Positions 47,201 to 54,830 of a DNA stretch of 64,000 bases are shown piece by piece. The stretch is from a candidate division FCPU426 bacterium (GTDB lineage Bacteria; Oederibacteriota; PGYV01; Palsa-1178). The notes under the pieces were generated by a model. The model was not told where the DNA came from. It worked only from the letters and a program-made list of their open reading frames with translations, and ran no database searches. The stretch's first letter is position 1; each line of letters starts with the position of its first letter. Made by a program: the position numbers and the translations under genes. The stretch is taken from positions 480,001 to 544,000 of the forward strand of contig CAWIXE010000001.1 of NCBI GenBank assembly GCA_963840035.1, in the 5' to 3' direction.

Positions 47201-47275
47201 AGCCCCTGTTACGGGCGGACACCTGCTTTCGCTGAAGCTTCAGCAGTCAAGCATAGGTCCTCCCCTACAGGGGTT
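47201..47275. repeat. REP-like palindrome with a nested hairpin insert; may double as the GH44 terminator
   Basis: agcccctgt..gggcggac[cctgctttcgctgaagcttcagcagtcaagc]ataggtcctcccctacaggggtt. Confidence 0.6.
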
Positions 47276-47318
47276 ATTTTGTTTGTTATGCATGGATAAA
47301 GTAAGCCAAAAACATAAT

Positions 47319-47347
47319 TTGACTTACTTTATTTTTATGTGTAAGAT
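47319..47347 (+). promoter_or_regulatory. Promoter of the VapBC operon
   Basis: TTGACT-17 bp-TAAGAT, overlapped by a CTTAC/GTAAG inverted pair. Confidence 0.6.
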
Positions 47348-47368
47348 ATGGATATAGGAGGTGTAGCC

Positions 47369-47620
47369 ATGTATACCATAACCGTAACGCAAAAAGGGCA
47401 GGTTGTCATACCTGCAGGCATAAGAAAGAGGCTTCATATAAAAAAGGGGACAAAACTGCTTGTCCGCGAGGATGCGCAGAATATAATAATAACCCCTGAG
47501 AGTGCGGACAAGATATCCCAAATGCGCGGCGCACTTAGGTGTGAAGGATCCATGACAGAGTTCCTTCTAAACGAGCGCTCAAGCGAGTCGGAATACATGG
47601 GGCGTAAATGGGAAAAATAG
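47369..47620 (+). CDS. AbrB/MazE/SpoVT-family antitoxin
   Basis: VTQKGQVVIPAGIRKRLHIKKG; AGGAGG RBS; overlaps the PIN gene. Confidence 0.9.
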   Translation: MYTITVTQKGQVVIPAGIRKRLHIKKGTKLLVREDAQNIIITPESADKISQMRGALRCEGSMTEFLLNERSSESEYMGRKWEK

Positions 47621-48006
47621 TATTTGATACATACGCCATAGCCGCGTTTTTTTATGATGAAAAAGGGGCTGGTGAGGTCGAAAATATATTAAAACACGCG
47701 GCCAAAAACGGCGGACGGATGATGATTTCCGCGGTAAATTATGGCGAGTTATTTTATGCTGTGCTTAAAAAGTCGGGCAAAGACGCGGCATTAAAAGCAA
47801 GGGACATGGTTGACGTGCTGGGGATTGAAGTAATCGACGCCGGCAGGGAATTATCCCTTCTGGCAGGAAGCTATAAAGCGTCAAATAAGATGTCATTTTC
47901 CGACTGTTTCTGCGCAGCGCTGGCAAAACTGCATGGGGCTGTTGTCATTACAGGCGACAAAGAATTTAAGGAAGTCGAAAGGGAGATAAAGATACACTGG
48001 ATTTAG
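47608..48006 (+). CDS. vapC: VapC-family PIN-domain toxin
   Basis: VFDTYA, NYGEL, SFSDCF, ITGDKEF acidic PIN residues. Confidence 0.9.
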   Translation: MGKIVFDTYAIAAFFYDEKGAGEVENILKHAAKNGGRMMISAVNYGELFYAVLKKSGKDAALKARDMVDVLGIEVIDAGRELSLLAGSYKASNKMSFSDCFCAALAKLHGAVVITGDKEFKEVEREIKIHWI

Positions 48007-48022
48007 AAATACATGGATTACC

Positions 48023-48106
48023 GTAGGGGCTATTCACGAATCTCTCTCCGCGTTTTCGCACATCACTGCCTTGCACAAAAGCGGGCGATTCGTGAATAGC
48101 CCCTAC
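48023..48106. repeat. Inverted GTAG-type REP pair
   Basis: gtaggggctattcacgaatc ... gattcgtgaatagcccctac. Confidence 0.85.
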
Positions 48107-48122
48107 AAAAAAAGGAGATTTT

Positions 48123-48902
48123 ATGAATACAATTATCTACTACTACACAGGCACAGGCAATTCCTTATGGACTGCGCGGCTGCTTGCGGCGGAACTTGGG
48201 GACACGTCAATTATCCCTATGGCGGGAAATCATAAACCGGAAAAAGCACAACGTGTTGGGTTTGTTTTTCCGGTGCACATGTGGGGAGTACCCGGGGCAA
48301 TAATTAAATTTCTTGAAAAACTTGAAAAAACCCCGGACACGTATTACTTCGCGGCTGCGGTAAATGCCGGGGAAGTATCCAGGACATTAATCCAGCTTCA
48401 GGAAATCTTCTCGGCAGCGGGCGTAAAACTATCAGCGGGCATTGACGTTGTCATGCCGTCGAACTACGTGCCATGGGGCGGGCCGGGGACGGATGAGCAG
48501 GTAAAAGAAATTACCGCAAAGGCAGAGAAGGCTGTTAAAGAAGCCGCGGCATATATAAAGGCCGGCAATTCCGGAAGGATAGACAAAGGGCCGCTGTGGC
48601 AGAGGATAGTATACACGTGGATATATAAAAGTTCATTCAAATGGATATTCCAGATGGATAAGGGATTCCGGGTGGATGACAAGTGCAACTCGTGCGGTAT
48701 CTGCGAAAAAGTATGCCCCGCCAAAAATATTACCATGGCCGGCGGCAAGCCCGTATGGAACCATAAGTGCGAGCAGTGCCTGGCGTGCATTCAGTGGTGC
48801 CCGGTGGCGTCCATACAGTACGGGAAGAAGACGCCGATGTATCCCAGGTATCATCAGGGGACGGTAAAAGTGGCGGATATGATAAATAGTCTTAAAGATT
48901 AG
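48123..48902 (+). CDS. EFR1-family flavodoxin-ferredoxin fusion
   Basis: YYTGTGNS, GFVFPVH, MPSNY, CNSCGICEKVCP, CEQCLACIQWCP. Confidence 0.92.
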   Translation: MNTIIYYYTGTGNSLWTARLLAAELGDTSIIPMAGNHKPEKAQRVGFVFPVHMWGVPGAIIKFLEKLEKTPDTYYFAAAVNAGEVSRTLIQLQEIFSAAGVKLSAGIDVVMPSNYVPWGGPGTDEQVKEITAKAEKAVKEAAAYIKAGNSGRIDKGPLWQRIVYTWIYKSSFKWIFQMDKGFRVDDKCNSCGICEKVCPAKNITMAGGKPVWNHKCEQCLACIQWCPVASIQYGKKTPMYPRYHQGTVKVADMINSLKD

Positions 48903-48967
48903 CGGAGGAAGATCGAGACAAGAGACTGGAGACAGGAATAAGTAAGACATAGTTCACGGAGGTTCAC

Positions 48968-49399
48968 ATGAAAATATGGGACTCATGGCAGGCGCTGGCT
49001 TTTGCATCCGCGTTATTCGCGGGGTTGACCGCCATATTTGGCAAGATTGGCGTGGCAGGGGTTAATTCAAACCTCGCTACACTCATACGCACGGTTGTAA
49101 TTATCGTAGTGCTGGCTCTTATCGTTACCTGGCGAAATGAATGGCAGCCGCTTGCGAGTATTTCAAAGCATACATGGATATTCCTTACATTATCAGCGCT
49201 TGCCACCGGCGCGTCGTGGATTTGTTATTACCGCGCGCTTCAGACAGGGCCGGCGTCGAGGGTCGCGCCGATTGATAAGATGAGCGTGGTTGTGGCCATG
49301 GTTTTGGCGGCCATTTTCCTGAAGGAAACATTCACGTGGAAGGCGATATTAGGCGGCATCATGGTCGCGGCAGGGGCGCTGCTTTTAGCAATAGCGTAG
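48968..49399 (+). CDS. EamA-family (DMT) small transporter
   Basis: FAGLTAIFGKIG..NSNLATLIRT, SWICYYRALQ.G..S.VAPIDK. Confidence 0.92.
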   Translation: MKIWDSWQALAFASALFAGLTAIFGKIGVAGVNSNLATLIRTVVIIVVLALIVTWRNEWQPLASISKHTWIFLTLSALATGASWICYYRALQTGPASRVAPIDKMSVVVAMVLAAIFLKETFTWKAILGGIMVAAGALLLAIA

Positions 49400-49522
49400 A
49401 GACGCCTGTGGGTCCAGTTACAACAAAAAATGAGCGTATTAAGATTTAGTACTTTGTAGAGACACAGCCCTTTGGCCTGTTTTGGGATCCGGCGTCTGAG
49501 ACGCAGCAAGCTGCGTCTCTAC
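49396..49522. repeat. Cluster of GTAGAGAC-type REP units
   Basis: gtagagacgcc (49396), gtagagacacag (49456), gagacgcagcaagctgcgtctctac (ends 49522); the first GTAG supplies the EamA stop. Confidence 0.7.
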
Positions 49523-49611
49523 GAAAAACAAGGACTTTGTCCACAAATAGGCGGTTTACAACCCTTTCAAAAATGTTATATAATGCATCCAAGACAAACA
49601 AGGGAGGGTCC

Positions 49612-50145
49612 ATGAACAAACTCGTCAAGGAATACGACTACAAAATAAACATGTCAAAAATGATATGGCCCGTACTTTTATTCGGGGCCGCCGCCGTGTT
49701 TTTATTCCGCGAGGCCATGACAAACGACAGGGGGCTTATTATTAACGGCATCATAACGCTTGATACGGGCGGCGCGACAATTTTCTTTTATGTGCTTGCC
49801 GGGTTGTCAGCGGGGTTTGTGCTGCTGGGGATATTAATCGGCCTGTCATCATTACTTGAAAAGGATTCCCCGAAGGTAAAGCTTTACGACGACCGCTTCG
49901 AATACCCCGCAGGAGTCCTTGCCAAAAACGACGCAACAGCGCCTACAGCCGGGAAAAAGACGGTTTATAAGCAGGTGTTATATAATACAATGGCGTCTGT
50001 GAACCTGCTGGACATATATAAGACAAGGATTATAGAAGTGACAACAACAGAAAACAAAAAACACTCTCTTGTGGACTCAAAGTTCAAAACAAGGCAGGAG
50101 CTGGAAGAGGTATTTAATTTTTTATATGAGAACAGGGTGAAATGA
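49612..50145 (+). CDS. Hypothetical membrane protein (2 TM plus a soluble domain)
   Basis: GGAGG RBS; upstream TTTACA-17-TATAAT promoter (49555-49583); NDRGLIINGII between TM helices. Confidence 0.7.
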   Translation: MNKLVKEYDYKINMSKMIWPVLLFGAAAVFLFREAMTNDRGLIINGIITLDTGGATIFFYVLAGLSAGFVLLGILIGLSSLLEKDSPKVKLYDDRFEYPAGVLAKNDATAPTAGKKTVYKQVLYNTMASVNLLDIYKTRIIEVTTTENKKHSLVDSKFKTRQELEEVFNFLYENRVK

Positions 50146-50155
50146 TTTTGGCAAT

Positions 50156-50188
50156 GTAGTCGCACCCTCTGCGTTCCATCGGGGTGCG
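50156..50188. repeat. Single GTAGTCGC-type REP unit
   Basis: gtagtcgcaccctctgcgttccatcggggtgcg; matches the inner arm of the 50767 and 52691 elements. Confidence 0.75.
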
Positions 50189-50218
50189 TACGCGGGACAA
50201 CAATAAGGAGCGAAAATA

Positions 50219-50749
50219 ATGCCGGACAAAAAAGTCGAACTAAAGGTAAGAATAACCCTCGAGGATTACAGGGACTGGAACTTAAACCTGATATTCACAA
50301 CGAGGTTGATGTTCCTGTCGTTGGTAATACTTATTTTCATGCTGCTGTCGCTTTCATTTTCGTTTTTAGCCGGCAGGAGCATTGGATACTTCATGGGAAC
50401 CTTCGCCCCTGTAATTGGCATCTTCGCCGCGTTTGTCATCCTGCTCTCAGTCATGACCTACATAAACGCGAAAAAAATGTACGACAGCGACAAGCTCATC
50501 CAGGAAGAACAGACATACGCGATAGACACCGAAGCGATAAACACTACAACAAACTATTCCTCGTCCAGAATCACATGGGACAAGATATACAGGGTAACAG
50601 CGGACAAAAAATACATATGCGTATACCTCTCAAAAATGAGGGCATTTTTGCTGCCGAAGAAGTGCTTTACGTCGGCAGCGGATATAAATACAATGATAGA
50701 GATAATAAAGGAAAAGATGGATAAGAAAAAGATAAAAATTAGTAAATGA
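50219..50749 (+). CDS. YcxB-family membrane protein
   Basis: 2 TM helices, then S.ITWDKIYRV...K.I.VY....AFLLPKKCF. Confidence 0.85.
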   Translation: MPDKKVELKVRITLEDYRDWNLNLIFTTRLMFLSLVILIFMLLSLSFSFLAGRSIGYFMGTFAPVIGIFAAFVILLSVMTYINAKKMYDSDKLIQEEQTYAIDTEAINTTTNYSSSRITWDKIYRVTADKKYICVYLSKMRAFLLPKKCFTSAADINTMIEIIKEKMDKKKIKISK

Positions 50750-50766
50750 CGCGTAACGTGATTTTC

Positions 50767-51059
50767 GTAGAGCCGCCGCTTGCTGCGGCTCAGGGCAGGC
50801 CTTGTTTGTAATGCCTTCGTAGTCGCAGGCCTTCGTTCCACCGGCCTGCGTCTAGATAAGGGATTCAACTTCTCAAACCGCCGACAGTTCACGCGAGGTT
50901 GATAGCATGGTTTAATAGCAGGCAATCCATGAATAGGCGCGCCCCGATGAAACGAAGAGGGCACGACTACAAAATACCAGCCCTGAGCCGCAGCAAGCAT
51001 ATGTCGTGAGTTCTATAATATACTCACGACATATACGTATCGAACAGCGGCGGCTCTAC
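50767..51059. mobile_element. Nested REPIN-like giant hairpin (outer GTAGAGCC pair, inner GTAGTCGC pair) with a 48-bp insert in the right outer arm
   Basis: gtagagccgccgcttgctgcggctc..gtagtcgc..cgactac..gagccgcagcaagc[50999-51046]gcggcggctctac. Confidence 0.85.
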
Positions 51060-51108
51060 AGTGGGGTTTAGAAATTTTGAAGGTCTAAAAAAAGAAAAAA
51101 GGGGTTTT

Positions 51109-52308
51109 ATGAAAAAAACAACGTTGCTCATCCTTCTCTGCCTTGCCATACCCACCTTCACTATAGCAGGCGAGCTGCGCGTATCCCAGCTGGGCTCAGG
51201 CTGGCTTGTACCGGACGAATATGTGGACGCGCTTTATAACCCGGCGAGGATAAATTATATTATTCCAAATACGTTGATTGCAAATTTAAGTGCTGAATAT
51301 TTTTATGATGCTCCAGAAACATCTTCTATAAATAATCGTCAAGGAATTATAACAAAACCAAATGGTGTATTTTTGGGAAAATTAGGGGACGTATATTATG
51401 GAATAAGCTCAGGCATCATTTATGATTATCGTTTTTATAATAATCCATCAATTGATTTGCATCAAACATTTGATGAATCAATTATGGGAATAGCCGGAAT
51501 GAGATTTAATGAAAATGTTTGTATAGGCGCTAAATTAAGTTATTTGAATGGATATCTTTCAAATTATATTTCCGTTAAGGGCGCAAGTTTAGGACTTAAT
51601 TATGAAAAAGATGGTTTGGATTTAGGCGTTAATATTTCGGGCAGCAGCGGTTTTGATGAAATTGAGCGATATGCAGCAAGCATAGATCTGATGGGAGGTT
51701 TAAAAATATCGGATAATGCAGAAATTAGATTTATTAACACTATTGAATATGGCGCAAATGAGCAAAAGATTGACAGTGAAATATTACCTGCAAATCTTAC
51801 GGGAGAGTATTTTGGAAAAAAGGTTTTATCGGATATTACAGGAGTTTCCGCTATAATAAAATCAGAAGACACAAAATATGTATTTGGAGTATCAAATGCG
51901 TGGACGATTTTTCATTATTACAGTGAATTTGACGGGATAGGACAATTTAAAGCGTTGGATATTGCAGATTATTTAAAAATAAACATAGGTATTGAAACAC
52001 CGTTAATTGTTGATTGGCTTCTATTTAGGATAAATTATAATCCGCTGACTATATTTTATATGCATGAAAAAAGGACTCACGGATTTTCTGATGATAAAGA
52101 ATCAACTGATATTTCATTTCTTAAGCCGTACACTGTTGATGTTGGATTTTGTATAATTACAAGTGCAGTTTCTAAAATTGATATTGGATTCTTTGGAAGT
52201 GGATTATATTCATATAATTACGACAATTATTATTCTGATTATGACTCTGAACACAAGCAGGCATATTATAGATTACATTTTAAAGCGGAATACACTCAAA
52301 AATTTTAG
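51109..52308 (+). CDS. Putative outer-membrane beta-barrel protein (FadL/PorV-like N-terminal NPA motif)
   Basis: Signal peptide; DALYNPARI; alternating aromatic/Gly beta-strands; C-terminal ..HFKAEYTQKF. Confidence 0.65.
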   Translation: MKKTTLLILLCLAIPTFTIAGELRVSQLGSGWLVPDEYVDALYNPARINYIIPNTLIANLSAEYFYDAPETSSINNRQGIITKPNGVFLGKLGDVYYGISSGIIYDYRFYNNPSIDLHQTFDESIMGIAGMRFNENVCIGAKLSYLNGYLSNYISVKGASLGLNYEKDGLDLGVNISGSSGFDEIERYAASIDLMGGLKISDNAEIRFINTIEYGANEQKIDSEILPANLTGEYFGKKVLSDITGVSAIIKSEDTKYVFGVSNAWTIFHYYSEFDGIGQFKALDIADYLKINIGIETPLIVDWLLFRINYNPLTIFYMHEKRTHGFSDDKESTDISFLKPYTVDVGFCIITSAVSKIDIGFFGSGLYSYNYDNYYSDYDSEHKQAYYRLHFKAEYTQKF

Positions 52309-52316
52309 GAGGTTTT

Positions 52317-52694
52317 ATGAAACCCGTTGACCCAAAAATTATTACAACCGGCATTCTCCTCATACTTTCCCTCGCCTCAGGTTTCTGGGTAACAAACTCA
52401 GGGCGTCCGCTGAATACCGTCATATTTACCATCCACAAACTTATAGCGCTGGCAGGGATTATATTCTCTATAATCATTATCAACAACCTGCGCAAGGGAG
52501 TTGCAATTGAAGGTGCGATACTGGCGGCAATTGTATGCGCCGGCGTGTTTCTGTTGATGACTTTCGTGTCAGGGGCCATATCGAGCTTTGAAAAGCCGAT
52601 ACCTGATTTGGTAAAAATAATGCATAAGGCAGGGCCGGTGCTTTTTACGGTGTCGGTTTTTACGGCTGTTGTTTTGATGTTAAGGAAATTGTAG
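52317..52694 (+). CDS. Hypothetical 4-TM membrane protein with two TM histidines
   Basis: AGGAGG RBS; SGFW..GRPLNT.IFTIHKLIAL..SGA..MHK. Confidence 0.75.
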   Translation: MKPVDPKIITTGILLILSLASGFWVTNSGRPLNTVIFTIHKLIALAGIIFSIIIINNLRKGVAIEGAILAAIVCAGVFLLMTFVSGAISSFEKPIPDLVKIMHKAGPVLFTVSVFTAVVLMLRKL

Positions 52695-52990
52695 AGCCGC
52701 CGCTTGCATATGCCGTGAGTTCTATAATATACTCACGACATATACGTATCGAACGGCTGCGGCTCAGGGCAGGATATTTGTTTTTATGAATTCGTAGTCG
52801 CAGGCCTTCGGTTCATCGGCCTGCGTCTATATAAGGCATTCAGATATGCAAACCATTGACAGTCCACTCGAGGTTATCCGAAAGGTTTGATCGCAGGCAA
52901 TACTTAATAGGCGCACCCCGATAGGACGAAGGGGTGCGACTACAAAAACCAACCTTGCATGCTTTGAGCCGCAGCAAGCGGCGGCTCTAC
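52691..52990. mobile_element. Second nested REPIN-like giant hairpin, with the 48-bp insert in the left outer arm
   Basis: gtagagccgccgcttgc[52708-52755]gctgcggctc..gtagtcgc..gcgactac..gagccgcagcaagcggcggctctac; both ends supply the TAG stops of the flanking genes. Confidence 0.85.
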
Positions 52991-54432
52991 AAAACCGAAA
53001 ACACAACCTTTACCTTCATGTTCTTGCCCACCGGCAATGACACAAACCCCTCTTTTGAATTAAAATCCTCATATGGCTTTCCGTCTATCTCAACCGACTT
53101 TATTACCACCGCCGGGTCTTCCAGCAGGTTTACGTAATGCTTTTCCCCTGCCGTGTCCGCGCTTAGGTTGAAGTACAGCGTTGCCTCTGTTTTATACACG
53201 TACAGGCTTAAGTACAGGTATGAAAAGAGTGCCTGTTCCATGGAGTGGTAGGCTGATTTATATGAATCTGCTTTTTCCAGTTTGGTCGGTTTTCCTTTTC
53301 TTGTCAGCGCCTGGTAGCACTCGCCGTTTTTTCTGTCTATAAAATATTTGTCCCAGAACTGCGCGCCCTGTTCAAAATACTTCAGGTACTCTTTTTTATG
53401 CGGGGAGAGGGTTATCATCAGGTTGTTGCCTTCCTCTTGTGTCCACCAGTCTTTCGTCTCTGTCACGTCTTCGGGGGTGTCTGACTGAAAGTGGAAGAAC
53501 CAGCCGTGGTATTTTTTGTCCCACGTGTATTTGACCTGGCCTTCGGCTATTTTTAAGGCGGCGTCCAGGTATTTTTTATCGCCTGTCAGACCATACAGCC
53601 TGGTGAGCACCCAGCCTGTTTTCAGGTTGTGTCCCACCCAGAGGTTTGGCTGCTGCGAGACCCATTCGCGCGAGTATGACTCGCCGACAAAGCCTGTCTT
53701 CGGGTCAACCATGCGGGCCACTATCACGTCGCCTACGGCAATTAAGTCCTTTAATATTGCCGGGTCCTTGGTGGCCAGGTAGTAATATATAAGGTAAGCG
53801 GTGCAGGTATCAAGGATGGAGTTAAATGATTTTGTGTAAGTCACATTCTCCCACGCGTTGCCGACAGAGGCGTAGTAGCCGCCAAATTCCTTGTCCCATG
53901 CTTTTGTCTGCATGAGCTCGTGCGTCTTTGAGACAAGGGAAAGCGCGTTCTTGTCTCCGGTGGCCATATAATAGAATATGGGGCCGAGATTGCCGTATGT
54001 TTCGTCAAAAAGATTTTTCCAGCCCGTGTCAGGTTCGTTCTCTTCATCCACGTTAGTAACCCAGCCGCCGGACTGTTTGTCCCAGCAGTATTCGGATAAA
54101 AAATCCATGGCGTGTTTGGCGAAGGGAAGGTACTTTTCATCGCCAGAGAGCATGTATGCCGCGGAAAAACCAAAGAGTATCCTCGAGTTCATGCGCGAGT
54201 ATTTATTCGCGGCCGCGCCGATGGAGCCGTCTTCATTTACATTGGTATAGAACCCGCCGTAGTCCTTATCGATTGTTTTTTCCCAGAAAGGAATGAGATC
54301 TGTTAAAGCCTGGTTTTTCCAGTATTCCGGGTTCAGGACATTTTTTACGTCAGCCGGAGGGGCAGCAATGCAGGAGGAAAAGAGCAGCAATAATATGAAG
54401 AGGGGGAGTAATTTTTTCAAGGTGTTTTTCAT
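52987..54432 (-). CDS. AGE-family (N-acylglucosamine/cellobiose 2-epimerase-like) protein with a probable lipoprotein signal
   Basis: FWEKTID.DYGGF, SRILFGFS, WD...GGW, GHNLKTGW, KDWWTQEE, YKSAYHSME; N-terminal LLFSSC. Confidence 0.85.
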   Translation of the reverse strand: MKNTLKKLLPLFILLLLFSSCIAAPPADVKNVLNPEYWKNQALTDLIPFWEKTIDKDYGGFYTNVNEDGSIGAAANKYSRMNSRILFGFSAAYMLSGDEKYLPFAKHAMDFLSEYCWDKQSGGWVTNVDEENEPDTGWKNLFDETYGNLGPIFYYMATGDKNALSLVSKTHELMQTKAWDKEFGGYYASVGNAWENVTYTKSFNSILDTCTAYLIYYYLATKDPAILKDLIAVGDVIVARMVDPKTGFVGESYSREWVSQQPNLWVGHNLKTGWVLTRLYGLTGDKKYLDAALKIAEGQVKYTWDKKYHGWFFHFQSDTPEDVTETKDWWTQEEGNNLMITLSPHKKEYLKYFEQGAQFWDKYFIDRKNGECYQALTRKGKPTKLEKADSYKSAYHSMEQALFSYLYLSLYVYKTEATLYFNLSADTAGEKHYVNLLEDPAVVIKSVEIDGKPYEDFNSKEGFVSLPVGKNMKVKVVFSVL

Positions 54433-54472
54433 GAATTCTCCTTATTTATATGGTATTTTTAGTTAAGTCTTC

Positions 54473-54520
54473 GTAGGGGCGAGCCCAGCTTCGCTGGACA
54501 TGGCCGGTGGCTTGCCCGGC
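54473..54520. repeat. GTAG-type REP palindrome with a 20-bp insert
   Basis: gtaggggcgagcc[cagcttcgctggacatggcc]ggtggcttgcccggc versus the empty copy at 13799. Confidence 0.75.
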
Positions 54521-54615
54521 CTTTAAACTACAGGCACAACATTATAACGCAAACATGAAGGAAAGGGTGCATTTAAGGCGGAGATTTCCGGCGAGCGTGG
54601 GTGCCACTAAAGCAT

Positions 54616-54666
54616 CCCCCACCCTAGCCCTCCCCCTTGAAAAGGGGGAGGGAAGCGGAAGGGGGT
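54616..54666. repeat. C/G-rich palindromic repeat (same family as 15353-15466)
   Basis: cccccaccctagccctcccccttgaaaagggggaggg. Confidence 0.65.
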
Positions 54667-54690
54667 CAATAGGGGGCGGGTAGAAATGTG

Positions 54691-54719
54691 TTGCAATTAG
54701 AGGCGTAATTTGATATTAT
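54691..54719 (+). promoter_or_regulatory. rpsB promoter
   Basis: TTGCAA-17 bp-TATTAT with an extended -10 TG. Confidence 0.65.
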
Positions 54720-54730
54720 TACACGTTTTC

Positions 54731-54822
54731 AAATACACCATGCTTCACGGATTTCGGGCTGGTCCCGCTTGTCGGGTTGCCCGGAAGATGAAGTAAGCAG
54801 AGGTTAAAACCAAACGGAGGTA
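54731..54822 (+). ncRNA. rpsB 5' leader (S2 autoregulatory / t44-like RNA)
   Basis: Lies between the promoter and rpsB; nested stems gcttca..tgaagt and ttcgggc..gcccgga; GAGG..AAACC 3' motif. Confidence 0.55.
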
Positions 54823-54830
54823 GTAGAATT

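Noticed and set aside
50999..52755. 48-bp direct repeats as a CRISPR array, dif/pdif sites or integron attC sites
   Set aside because: Only two copies, 1.7 kb apart, with no cas genes; no XerC/XerD arm consensus; no RYYYAAC..GTTRRRY core sites.
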